Shown here: positions 8,596 through 17,276 of the stretch, one piece after another | How positions within the stretch are numbered: position 1 is the first letter of the stretch | Layout of the letters: each line of letters opens with the position of its first letter | Source: Candidatus Aminicenantes bacterium | Lineage (GTDB): Bacteria; Acidobacteriota; Aminicenantia; Aminicenantales; Aminicenantaceae | Length of the DNA: 64,000 bases | NCBI GenBank assembly: GCA_011773465.1 | Contig: WVXO01000060.1 | Coordinates: forward strand, 34,047 to 98,046 | Reading direction: 5' to 3' | The notes under the pieces: model-generated | Told to the model about the DNA's origin: nothing | Seen by the model: only the letters and a program-made list of their open reading frames with translations | Database searches by the model: none | Made by a program: the position numbers and the translations under genes

Positions 8596-10668
8596 CTATT
8601 TTTTTCTAGAGCTGCGTGAGCCTCCGCTTCTGGAGCTGCTTCCCGAGCTTCTGCTGCCTGAAGAACCTGTGCTCCGGGAGGATGCAGAGGAGGACCCAGA
8701 GGAAGAAGAGGACACTCCTGATCCTGAGGAAGAGCCGCTTCCTGAGGAAGAGCCGCTTCCTGAGGAAGAAAAACTCCCTCCACGACCGACATTACCGCGG
8801 CTGCCCACATTCCTTGAAGACAGGCCCAGTTCCGGGCAGCGGATTTCGTTGGTTCTGCTGACATATTTGATGGAGACTCCTGCTTTGCGGGCCAATCCAA
8901 CATCAGGATTCCAATCTCTGAAACGAAGGGAAGATCTAAGGTTAGTCGATTTTGAGATGTTTGATATGCTCTTTTCCACTTTATGAAATGAAGTCTCCTT
9001 CTCGGGAGAAATGACTCTTGGTCTGCTTACTTTAATTTTGGAGCCATCCGGCATCTTTTGAGTCTTAAGGCTTTCTGCCTTATCAGAGACTGACTCCTTA
9101 TTCTTCTTCAATGAAGAGGCTATATAATTTCTGTAATAAGATTCTATCTGACCTTTATTATCCCTGAGAGAACCTCTGAAGGCATTCAGCTTGTAAGTAT
9201 CTACTGCCTCTCGATAGGCGTTTATAGAGGATTTCTCAGAAAGGAGTTCCTTCCTCGCCTGTGAGGGAATATCTCGAAGCTTTAGGGCTACATCCTGGAT
9301 TCTTTTCGCATTTAAATCTTGTTTTTTTACTATAACCATAATTTCGGGAATCTTGCGCAAGGAATCGATAGCTCTCTTATCTCCCTTCTTTAAGGCAGAT
9401 ATTACTCTATTGTAGGCTCTCTTTATTTCTTTTGGCGGTTTATAGGTAGGGTCTCCTTTCTTTTTCAACTGTTTCTTACTAATCACGGAAATCGTTTCTG
9501 TCCTTTGTGCTGCACCTCCTGCGCCTGAAATCCCGCTAACTCCTGCCCCGTAGGCCCAGCTAAAATGAGAAGGATACCAATCCCACAACGACCAGAATCT
9601 CCAGTAACAAAAACGATCAGTGAGAACCCAAACCGTCCCGGACGGAGCAAAGGCAGAACCAGGCATCCATATCCAGCCGTATTTCTTGCTCCAGATCCAT
9701 TGGCCGAGATGATAGGGAACCCATCCCCACTTCTCTTCAGGCACCCAGAAAAGATGATCGTTTATCTCTCTCCAATGTCCATAGTAGAAAGGCTTCCAGC
9801 CTCCCCAGGGGTAATAATCGTTATAAGAGGGTCGCCAGACATAGCCGTAAAGATCGTGCCAAATCCATTCTCCATGAATATTCGAGTATTTTTCAGCGAA
9901 ATAGACGACAGCCCTGGAATATCTATAGATAGGTTTGGGGAGAGGACTTATCCCCTTATGAATGTCTTCAAAATTTTCGTTCATATGCTCATTCCACAAC
10001 CCAAAATCAACACCCTCCTTGTATTCTCCTTCAAGAGCCTGGTGATCTTTGGTGATAGTTAGCTTCTCTAATTTTTTGACCTTTTTTTCGTCAATGTTTT
10101 GCTCATCGGGTCCGTAAACTACATAAGCCTTTCCCAGCATTACCTGGACGTCTGTGCTTTCATCTTCTCTGGCGTTTATCATGGCCACTGTCCTGTTCTT
10201 TATTTTCACAGCAGCAGTAGGAGTCATCACCTGGAAAATCTCAGGGTAGCTATACCATTTATACATGATATAGATCTGGCCTTTATTAAGAACAAGATTG
10301 GTGAGTTTCTTTGGTGAGCTGAGGCTCTGGGCCAGAATGGTCTCGATCTTCAGTTCCGTTGCCACATCAAGCCTTATGATTGTTCCTGTGTCAAATTGAA
10401 TCTCGCATCTTCTTCTCTCAGTGGTCCTGATAATATCTCCGGGGGCTAAGGGAAGATTAAGGACAGCAACTTCAGCCTCTTTCTCCCCAACTCTTAGGAC
10501 TACTGGGTCTTCTCCGTCATGTTTGACCTCGGTGTAGCTAATGTGACCAAAATAAATATCTGTTTCATACGAATGGATATATTTATAATCGGATTTGGAG
10601 TAAACGAAACAGGGAAGAAAAAGAATTAAAACAAAAACTCCAAGAGAAGCGAATTTCCTATGTTTCAT
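8596..10668 (-). CDS. FecR-domain protein with a Trp-rich repeat region and a Ser/Gly-rich C-terminal tail
   Basis: Signal peptide after the ATG at 10668 (GGAGG 7 nt upstream). It has a FecR-like beta segment (PGDIIRTTERRRCEIQFDTGTIIRL), W-rich repeats (WGGWKPFYYGHW...WGWVPYHLGQWIW) and about 70 aa of S/G/R low complexity. Confidence 0.65.
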   Translation of the reverse strand: MKHRKFASLGVFVLILFLPCFVYSKSDYKYIHSYETDIYFGHISYTEVKHDGEDPVVLRVGEKEAEVAVLNLPLAPGDIIRTTERRRCEIQFDTGTIIRLDVATELKIETILAQSLSSPKKLTNLVLNKGQIYIMYKWYSYPEIFQVMTPTAAVKIKNRTVAMINAREDESTDVQVMLGKAYVVYGPDEQNIDEKKVKKLEKLTITKDHQALEGEYKEGVDFGLWNEHMNENFEDIHKGISPLPKPIYRYSRAVVYFAEKYSNIHGEWIWHDLYGYVWRPSYNDYYPWGGWKPFYYGHWREINDHLFWVPEEKWGWVPYHLGQWIWSKKYGWIWMPGSAFAPSGTVWVLTDRFCYWRFWSLWDWYPSHFSWAYGAGVSGISGAGGAAQRTETISVISKKQLKKKGDPTYKPPKEIKRAYNRVISALKKGDKRAIDSLRKIPEIMVIVKKQDLNAKRIQDVALKLRDIPSQARKELLSEKSSINAYREAVDTYKLNAFRGSLRDNKGQIESYYRNYIASSLKKNKESVSDKAESLKTQKMPDGSKIKVSRPRVISPEKETSFHKVEKSISNISKSTNLRSSLRFRDWNPDVGLARKAGVSIKYVSRTNEIRCPELGLSSRNVGSRGNVGRGGSFSSSGSGSSSGSGSSSGSGVSSSSSGSSSASSRSTGSSGSRSSGSSSRSGGSRSSRKK
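8723..8770. repeat. Tandem 18-nt repeat inside the Ser/Gly-rich tail coding region
   Basis: cctgaggaagagccgctt occurs twice perfectly (8723-8740, 8741-8758), followed by a partial third unit. Confidence 0.8.
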
Positions 10669-10806
10669 AGGTTCCCTCCATAAATGGGATCTTTTACTTA
10701 TCATCTACTATGAAGCTTGTGCAACCTTTGTGCCAAATAGCATAAGGCTAGAATAGAGCTTTTTAGGCTATTTTTTGTCCTCTTTTGCAACCAGCTGTAT
10801 CCTAAT

Positions 10807-10929
10807 GGGGTCAGACTTGCGAAACTTGTATAATTAATGATCGACTAAGTCCAGCTTTCAAAATCTTGGTAATTCTGCCCGACTTTTAAGGCAAGGGCAA
10901 AATAATGCAAATTTTGCAAGTCTGACCCC
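10807..10929. repeat. MITE-like element, family C (terminal inverted repeats GGGGTCAGACTTGC)
   Basis: The left end ggggtcagacttgcgaaacttg and the reverse complement of the right end, ggggtcagacttgcaaaatttg, match at 20/22 positions. The element is 123 bp and noncoding. Confidence 0.8.
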
Positions 10930-11004
10930 GCTTATTGTTGACTTTTAACGACCAAAAAATTAGAATGACTTTTTCTTAAAAACTACGCATTCGAGGAGGT
11001 TTCA

Positions 11005-12105
11005 ATGAAAATCACCCTTAGTGTCTTAAAAGCAGATATAGGCAGCATCGGTGGTCATATCACACCAAGCCAGGCTCTTTTTGATGAAGTTAAAAACTTC
11101 GTTCAGGAGAACGGCAAGAATCTGATTATTGATTTCTACACAAGTCATACAGGAGATGATATAGCCATCTTGTGCACTCATGAGAGAGGGGTGTTGGACG
11201 AAAAAATACACAAAATGGCCTGGGATGCTTTTATTGCCGGGACTGAAGTTGCCAAAAAACAAGGACTTTATGGGGCAGGACAGGATTTGTTGAAAGACGC
11301 CTTCAGCGGAAACATAAAAGGAATGGGCCCTGCTGTTGCCGAGATAGAATTTGAAGAACGGCCCAACGAACCCTTCATTTTTTTTGCCGCTGATAAAACT
11401 GACCCTGGTGCCTACAATCTTCCTTTCTACCTTGCCTTTGTCGATCCCATGTACTGCGCAGGTCTAATCTTAAGCCCTAAGATGAGCGACGGATTCAAGT
11501 TCCGTATTATCGATGTCGAACACACCGAGAAGGATAAGATTGTCGAACTCAACGCTCCTGAAGAGATTTACGATATCGCAGCTTTGCTCCGGGACAATGA
11601 AAGGTATGTCGTCGAGAGCATCTACTCCCGGAGCACAGGAAATCAGGCTGCAGCTATTGCCACAACTCGCCTCCACAGCATTGCCGGAAAATATACTGGG
11701 AAAGATGACCCGGTAGCTTTATGCCGTGTCCAAGGAGAATTCCCTGCAACTGGTGAGATTCTGGCTCCTTATCAAATCGGCCATTATGTAGCTGGCTATA
11801 TGAGAGGAAGTCACATCGGGCCTCTCATGCCCTGCAAGCAGAATGCAACCATCTCCTTTTTTGACGGACCTCCAGTCGTCACAGGAGCAGCTTTTTGTGT
11901 CAACGATGGAAAGCTTACAGAACCTGCTGATGTCTTCGACCATCCTTACTGGGATTATGTGAGAGATCAGATAGCTGAAAAAGCAACTGCCATAAGACGG
12001 CAGGGTTTCTCCGGAGCAGCCATGCTTCCTTACAGCGAGCTTGAATACGGAGGAATTGTCGAGAAGTTAGAAAAGCTGGAAAAGAAATTCAAGCTTCAGG
12101 ATTAA
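11005..12105 (+). CDS. fbp: Bifunctional fructose-1,6-bisphosphate aldolase/phosphatase (class V FBPase)
   Basis: MKITLSVLKADIGSIGGH..., GLYGAGQDLLKDAFSGNIKGMGPAVAEIEFEER and DKTDPGAYNLP align along the full length with archaeal class V FBP aldolase/phosphatases. Confidence 0.9.
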   Translation: MKITLSVLKADIGSIGGHITPSQALFDEVKNFVQENGKNLIIDFYTSHTGDDIAILCTHERGVLDEKIHKMAWDAFIAGTEVAKKQGLYGAGQDLLKDAFSGNIKGMGPAVAEIEFEERPNEPFIFFAADKTDPGAYNLPFYLAFVDPMYCAGLILSPKMSDGFKFRIIDVEHTEKDKIVELNAPEEIYDIAALLRDNERYVVESIYSRSTGNQAAAIATTRLHSIAGKYTGKDDPVALCRVQGEFPATGEILAPYQIGHYVAGYMRGSHIGPLMPCKQNATISFFDGPPVVTGAAFCVNDGKLTEPADVFDHPYWDYVRDQIAEKATAIRRQGFSGAAMLPYSELEYGGIVEKLEKLEKKFKLQD

Positions 12106-12186
12106 AAAGCTCTGAAGCTGTGATTCGCTGCAAACAGCCATATTTCTCAAAAGGTCCTCAGCAGTATAAATCTAATTAGAATCGTA

Positions 12187-12606
12187 ATGAAAAAATACAA
12201 GCACCCAATCCCCACAGTGGACATAATCATCGAAATCAAAAGAGAGAACGGACAAGAGGGAATTATTCTTATTAAAAGAAGAAACCCTCCTTATGGCTGG
12301 GCCTTGCCAGGAGGATTTGTTGACTGCGGTGAATCTTTAGAAGAAGCAGCTGTTCGGGAAGCCAAGGAGGAAACATCTCTCGATATAAGTCTAAAAAGCC
12401 AGTTCCACACTTATTCAGATCCGAAGCGCGATCCCCGAAGGCATACCATTTCAACAGTATATGTGGCTGCGGCTCGGGGAAGCCCGAAAGCTCAGGATGA
12501 TGCAAAGGAAATCGGGATATTCACCAAAGAGGAAATCAATTTTCCTCTTGCCTTCGACCATCAAAAGATATTAGCTGATTATTTCAAGCAAAAAAATAAT
12601 TATTAA
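12187..12606 (+). CDS. NUDIX hydrolase
   Basis: Nudix box [24 protein letters not shown]. 139 aa. Confidence 0.85.
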   Translation: MKKYKHPIPTVDIIIEIKRENGQEGIILIKRRNPPYGWALPGGFVDCGESLEEAAVREAKEETSLDISLKSQFHTYSDPKRDPRRHTISTVYVAAARGSPKAQDDAKEIGIFTKEEINFPLAFDHQKILADYFKQKNNY

Positions 12607-12628
12607 TACATTCTTATTCTATAAGATA

Positions 12629-12659
12629 GCCACGCTCCTTTTGGTCGCTCGCAATGACA
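12629..12659. repeat. Solo half-unit of repeat family A
   Basis: gccacgctccttttggtcgctcgcaatgaca resembles 4960-4992. Confidence 0.6.
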
Positions 12660-12680
12660 AAGGAATAAAAAAGGAAAAAA

Positions 12681-12956
12681 ATGGATAAAAATAAAGAAAA
12701 AGAAAAAAAATCAGAAGATGACTCACAGCTTAAGGAGGTTCATAAAGTCTGGGGACCGGTAGAAGCTGATGTGATTAAAAGTTTTCTCAAAAGCCATGGA
12801 ATTTCCTGCCTTCTAAGAGGACAAGTCGTCCAGTCTGTCCATCCTTTTTCAGCGGATGGCCTGGGGGAGATAAAAATCTTTGTCTCCAAAAAAGACTATG
12901 CCCTCGCCAAAAAACTCCTTAAGGAAAAACGAAGGAATAGCTCAGGCAGTCAATAA
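12681..12956 (+). CDS. DUF2007-like small protein (putative signal-transducing fold)
   Basis: A K/E-rich N-terminus followed by VWGPVEADVIKSFLKSHGISCLLRG, which resembles DUF2007. Confidence 0.5.
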   Translation: MDKNKEKEKKSEDDSQLKEVHKVWGPVEADVIKSFLKSHGISCLLRGQVVQSVHPFSADGLGEIKIFVSKKDYALAKKLLKEKRRNSSGSQ

Positions 12957-13046
12957 ATCATTATATCTTTAGCTGTGCGGATATGTTCCTCCATTTTTCG
13001 TAATCCTGCATGGCTTATCATTTAGTAATTCTGTTGGATTTGCGGG

Positions 13047-15518
13047 TTATTTCAACTCTGGCAGTTTCATGCGACGTACTATATCCTTGAAGCGGGGATC
13101 GTCGCGCAAAGGGGCGTAACCGGGATTGTCCCTGAGCCAGGGGAGGAAGCTTTGGCGTTCCTTGAAAGCCGCTTCCAGCCATCGAAAGGCCTCATCCTTT
13201 TCACCCAGGTCTGCATAAATCTCAACTAGAAACCAAGCATCCCAAGCACCCGTTGGCTTGGGTTCCCCTCTCAAGAGCTCAGCCATTATCTTCCGCGCTT
13301 CATCCCTTCGGCCAGCCAGCACATAGGTACCCACAAGAGGCCATTTCCAATCAGGATGGAGTGCACTCAACTTTTGGTGAGCCGCAATGGCCTCCGTATA
13401 CATCCCCTTTTCTGCATACAAACATCCCAGGACCGCAAGCCCCTGATTGAAATTGGGGTCTAGTTCGAGCGCCTTCCGCTGTGCATCCATCGCCTCCTCG
13501 TATCGTCCCGTACTCCAATATTGCCATCCCAGATCCGAAAGCCAGAGAGGATTGAGCGGATCCACCTCGATGGCTCGTTTCATTTCTGCCACGGCTTCAT
13601 CCATCTGTCCGGTCAGTAAGAGATACCAGGAATAGTTGCGATGAGCATCGGCCAAACTTGGGTTGAGTTCCAGGGCACGCCGGAAGGCTCGCTCGGCGCC
13701 TGCCCAATCCCATTCAAAGTAAAGGTCGATAAATCCTAAGGCGGCCACGGTTTCAGCCAGCGTCCCACCCAGTTCCTCCGCCTTAAGTGCTGCTTCCCTG
13801 GCTCGTTCCCAAACGTCCGGTGGTGGCGCAGGACCATGACCGATCAAACAATAACCGAGCGCCAATCCAGCGTGTGGCAAGGGGTTCGTAGGCTCTTTAT
13901 CGATGGCCTGCTGCATATATGCCAGACCTCTTTCGATTCCTTCTGGCGTAAGTTTATTCAGGAGAGACCTCCCTCTGAGATAGGCCACGTGCGCCTCTGG
14001 ATTGACTGGGCGAGCACTCGCCAGACGTGTCTCCTCCTGGGGTGTTAGCTGCAACTTCATTTCACGAGTAATCGCCGACACAATTTCGTTTTGAAGCGAG
14101 AGGATGTCGCGCAAGTCGCGCTCGTAGTTGTGGGCCCACTCCTGCGCTTCTGTTGTGGGATTGATCAACTGGGCGGTGACACGCACGCGGTCTCCTGAGC
14201 GCACAACTGTACCCGTCATCAGTCTTTTGACATTCAAATCCTGGGCAATCTTTTTCGGGGGGGTATCCTTTCCTTTGAAGCGCATCACCGTGCTCCGGGC
14301 GATCACGCGCTTCAAGCCGAGCCCGGCGAGGTCTGTGATCAGCGCATCATGTATCCCTTCGGCGATGGGATCTTGTTCGGGATCACCTGACAGGTTCTCT
14401 AGGGGCAACACAGCTATCGAATCTATAGCCTCTGCACGCCCAGTGAAAAGAGTCAGTGCAATCACAGTTATTATGATGACGAAACCTGCAATGCCTGCAT
14501 AAAGGAATGTTCTTTTTCTCCTGAGTAGCTTTGCTTTCCTCATTCTTGCCTTAATCTCTTCTGGTACTATTCCCTCTGATATGGATCTCAAATCATCTAA
14601 CAACTCATCTATCTGCTGGTATCGCTCATCTGGATTCTTCTCAAGAGCTTTGCCCACAACTTGCTCTATGGACATTGGCATGTCGGGGCGTAAATTAGTG
14701 ATTGACCCTGGCTTCTCCTTCAAAATGGAATAGACAACAGCCTGATCATGCTCCCCCTTGAAAGGGAGTTGACCGCTGAACATCTCATACAGAACCACAC
14801 CCAGTGACCAGATGTCTGTTCGGTGATCAACCTCTTCCCCTCTCGCTTGTTCGGGAGACATGTAGGCAATTGTCCCCATTGTCATCCCTTCCTTTGTCAC
14901 TAATGTCCCTCCAGCAACCCTAGCCAATCCAAAATCCATGATCTTCGCTTGCCCTTTCTCAGTCACCATGATGTTGGCACTCTTGATGTCTCTATGGACA
15001 ACTCCCTTCTTATGTGCCTCCTCCAAGCCTTCTGCTACTTGTGTGGCAATCTTCAGAGCTTCATCAAGCTCAAGCGCTCCTGACTCCATCTCCTTCTTTA
15101 AGCTCTGCCCTTCTACATAGGCCATAGAAATAAAGGTTTTTTCTTCAGCTTCGTCAAATTCATGAACAGTACATATGTTGGGATGATCCAACGCCGCAGC
15201 AGCCTGGGCTTCGCGCATAAATCGCTCTCTAACCTCTGAGATGTGTGTTAGCTCTGGCGGCAGAAACTTAAGGGCAACAGTGCGCTTGAGTTTGGTGTCC
15301 TCGGCTTTGTAAACAACTCCCATCCCCCCTCTGCCCAGCTCCTCAATGATCTTGTATCTTCCTGCAATAGTGCTCCCCTTTTGCAGCCTTTCTGCAGGTG
15401 TTATTAAGGTTTTTGTAATAGAAATTTTTTCGGCGGATTTTAAAGGTGTGGCACATTTACCGCAATAAATCGTGTTGTCAGGATTATCGGAATGACATTT
15501 GGGGCATTGAATAGTCAT
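13047..15518 (-). CDS. Ser/Thr protein kinase with N-terminal zinc ribbon, TM helix, periplasmic domain and TPR repeats
   Basis: CPKC...CGKC ribbon; Hanks motifs GRGGMGVVYKA, HRDIKSANIM, DFGLA and YMSPEQ; one TM helix; C-terminal TPR repeats. Confidence 0.9.
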   Translation of the reverse strand: MTIQCPKCHSDNPDNTIYCGKCATPLKSAEKISITKTLITPAERLQKGSTIAGRYKIIEELGRGGMGVVYKAEDTKLKRTVALKFLPPELTHISEVRERFMREAQAAAALDHPNICTVHEFDEAEEKTFISMAYVEGQSLKKEMESGALELDEALKIATQVAEGLEEAHKKGVVHRDIKSANIMVTEKGQAKIMDFGLARVAGGTLVTKEGMTMGTIAYMSPEQARGEEVDHRTDIWSLGVVLYEMFSGQLPFKGEHDQAVVYSILKEKPGSITNLRPDMPMSIEQVVGKALEKNPDERYQQIDELLDDLRSISEGIVPEEIKARMRKAKLLRRKRTFLYAGIAGFVIIITVIALTLFTGRAEAIDSIAVLPLENLSGDPEQDPIAEGIHDALITDLAGLGLKRVIARSTVMRFKGKDTPPKKIAQDLNVKRLMTGTVVRSGDRVRVTAQLINPTTEAQEWAHNYERDLRDILSLQNEIVSAITREMKLQLTPQEETRLASARPVNPEAHVAYLRGRSLLNKLTPEGIERGLAYMQQAIDKEPTNPLPHAGLALGYCLIGHGPAPPPDVWERAREAALKAEELGGTLAETVAALGFIDLYFEWDWAGAERAFRRALELNPSLADAHRNYSWYLLLTGQMDEAVAEMKRAIEVDPLNPLWLSDLGWQYWSTGRYEEAMDAQRKALELDPNFNQGLAVLGCLYAEKGMYTEAIAAHQKLSALHPDWKWPLVGTYVLAGRRDEARKIMAELLRGEPKPTGAWDAWFLVEIYADLGEKDEAFRWLEAAFKERQSFLPWLRDNPGYAPLRDDPRFKDIVRRMKLPELK

Positions 15519-15613
15519 TGGCTCCCTCCTAAATTACTTTATAAAAAAATAGCTATTTTTATTGAAAAAATCAAGTTGAAATGAGTTTAGACAAGCTTAT
15601 TTAAGGACATTAA

Positions 15614-15743
15614 GGCGGGTTTGATGAATCAAACCCCTACACAAGAAAAACAACACCACCCCAGTTTATCTATGAAATGGGGCCTGGCCCCATTTTCTGG
15701 CCCCATTTTCACAAAGGTGGGTTTGATAAATCAAGCCACTACA
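15614..15743 (-). repeat. Composite repeat B-D-B (family B arms flanking the GAAATGGGGCCTGGCCCCATTTTC palindrome)
   Basis: B copies at 15614-15651 and 15717-15743, with the D palindrome at 15674-15710. The same architecture occurs in the opposite orientation at 62284-62399. Confidence 0.8.
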
Positions 15744-15859
15744 AAAGAAAAACCATACACCAATCCGAAAAGCATAATTCTCTATATTGTAGCCATCCAG
15801 AAATTCACACAATATATAGAAAACAAAAAAAATAAATGGTTTTTTTTTGAATTTTTTCC

Positions 15860-15888
15860 TTGACAACGGATATTATCTTCCCTATATT
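15860..15888 (+). promoter_or_regulatory. Sigma70-type promoter of the dcw cluster (Pmra-like)
   Basis: TTGACA (15860-15865), a 17-nt spacer, then TATATT (15883-15888), about 28 nt upstream of the mraZ ATG. Confidence 0.7.
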
Positions 15889-15896
15889 TTACAAAA

Positions 15897-15921
15897 TGGG
15901 ACAAAACGGGACAAAATGGGA
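15897..15921 (+). promoter_or_regulatory. Putative MraZ operator: three direct GGGA repeats with 10-bp phasing
   Basis: TGGGAcaaaaCGGGAcaaaaTGGGA lies just downstream of the -10 box. E. coli MraZ binds phased TGGGN direct repeats at its own promoter. Confidence 0.6.
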
Positions 15922-16383
15922 AATTTATTACTAGGAAGCTACACAGTAAGGATCGATAAAAGCGGTCGAATTAAGATACCAGAAAAATTCCGTATTGCTC
16001 TGGAAGAAGACCACGGAAAAGAATTATTCATAACTTCTCTGACTGATGAATCCGTCCAGGTTTACCCTCTCCCTGTCTGGGAAGCGTTGTCAGGCGTTTC
16101 CGAAGAGGCAGCTCTTCACCTCCAACCCACGGTGAGAAAATTCATGCTCCGAGTTAACAGAAAAGGAAGCCAAATTCGTATTGACTCAAAGGGACGAATC
16201 CTGATCAGCCAGGCTTTAAGAGAGAAGGCAAAACTGGAAGACGAAATAGAAGTAATCGGTCTTTCCAATCACTTAGAAATTTGGAACAAATATAGACTCG
16301 ACGGAGCACTAGAGGAGAAGCCTCTAACAAATGAAGATTTTGAAAAAATCGCAGAACTCATGCCCCGAGGAAAAGATAAATGA
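15916..16383 (+). CDS. mraZ: Transcriptional regulator MraZ
   Basis: Two SpoVT/AbrB-like halves (RIDKSGRIKIPEKFR and RIDSKGRILISQALR). I moved the start to the ATG at 15916, since the upstream ORF extension is promoter sequence. Confidence 0.9.
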   Translation: MGNLLLGSYTVRIDKSGRIKIPEKFRIALEEDHGKELFITSLTDESVQVYPLPVWEALSGVSEEAALHLQPTVRKFMLRVNRKGSQIRIDSKGRILISQALREKAKLEDEIEVIGLSNHLEIWNKYRLDGALEEKPLTNEDFEKIAELMPRGKDK

Positions 16384-17276
16384 ACGGGAACGGCCACCTC
16401 CCAGTTCTCTTAGAAGAGGTTATGGATTACCTGGATATAAAGAGAGAAGGGATTTATGTAGACTGCACTCTTGGCCTGGGAGGACATGCTCTCGAAATTC
16501 TCAAGAGAAATCCAAAGGCTTCTCTCGTCGGTTTCGACATCGATGAAATTTCCCTCTTTAAGGCAAAAAAGAAGCTCGATCCATATGCAGACAGAGTGAA
16601 GCTTTATCACTCAGACTTCAGGTATATCCCAGATCTCAAAATCGACTTTTCCAAAATCAGAGGAATTTTGCTGGATCTAGGAATCTCTTCATTCCAGCTT
16701 GATTCTCCAGAAAGGGGATTCAGTTTCAACCAAGACGGCCCTCTAGATATGAGGATGGACCTCCGGAACAAAATAACGGCTTATAAAATAATCAACAAAT
16801 ATTCAGAGCAAAAACTCGCTCAGATTTTCCGGGAATATGGAGAGCTTAGACAGGCAAGAAGACTCGGCAAAGAAATTGTCTCAATAAGAAAATCCGAAAA
16901 AATCGAAACAACGACCCAGCTTCGCCTCATTGTCGAGAGAATCTGTGGCTGGAGGCCCCAGAAAGGAAAGATTCATCCAGCTGCCAAAGTCTTTCAGGCA
17001 ATACGCATTGAAGTCAACCAGGAATTAAAGAGCCTTTCCGGTTTTTTAGAAAGAATCACTCAACTCATTCCCAAGAAAGCCCACATCACCGCAATTTCCT
17101 TTCATTCCTTGGAAGACAGAATAATCAAGCATACTTTTGCCAACCTTGCCACCTCAGAAAATTCACATTCGTTTCTTAGAATTTTGACAAAAAAACCCGT
17201 TATCCCCTCCCAAGAGGAGATCGCCATCAATTTCAGGTCAAGGTCAGCCAAGCTTAGAGCGGCTGAGAGAATTTAG
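16380..17276 (+). CDS. rsmH: 16S rRNA (cytosine1402-N4)-methyltransferase
   Basis: HLPVLLEEV, DCTLGLGGH and LDLGISSFQLD motifs. ATGA overlap with mraZ. Confidence 0.95.
   Translation: MNGNGHLPVLLEEVMDYLDIKREGIYVDCTLGLGGHALEILKRNPKASLVGFDIDEISLFKAKKKLDPYADRVKLYHSDFRYIPDLKIDFSKIRGILLDLGISSFQLDSPERGFSFNQDGPLDMRMDLRNKITAYKIINKYSEQKLAQIFREYGELRQARRLGKEIVSIRKSEKIETTTQLRLIVERICGWRPQKGKIHPAAKVFQAIRIEVNQELKSLSGFLERITQLIPKKAHITAISFHSLEDRIIKHTFANLATSENSHSFLRILTKKPVIPSQEEIAINFRSRSAKLRAAERI

Noticed and set aside
8496-8986. ORFs 8496-8903(-), 8616-8861(+) and 8669-8986(+), including an EEEPLPEEEPLPEEE peptide
   Set aside because: They are alternative-frame or antisense readings of the Ser/Gly-rich low-complexity, tandem-repeat DNA at the 3' end of the 702-aa FecR-like gene. 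They have no independent start context.
15621-15866. ORFs of 80 aa (+) and 66 aa (-) upstream of mraZ
   Set aside because: Both are composed almost entirely of family B and D repeat sequence and the mraZ promoter. Equivalent peptides (GLINQATT, GPIF) arise wherever the repeats occur.
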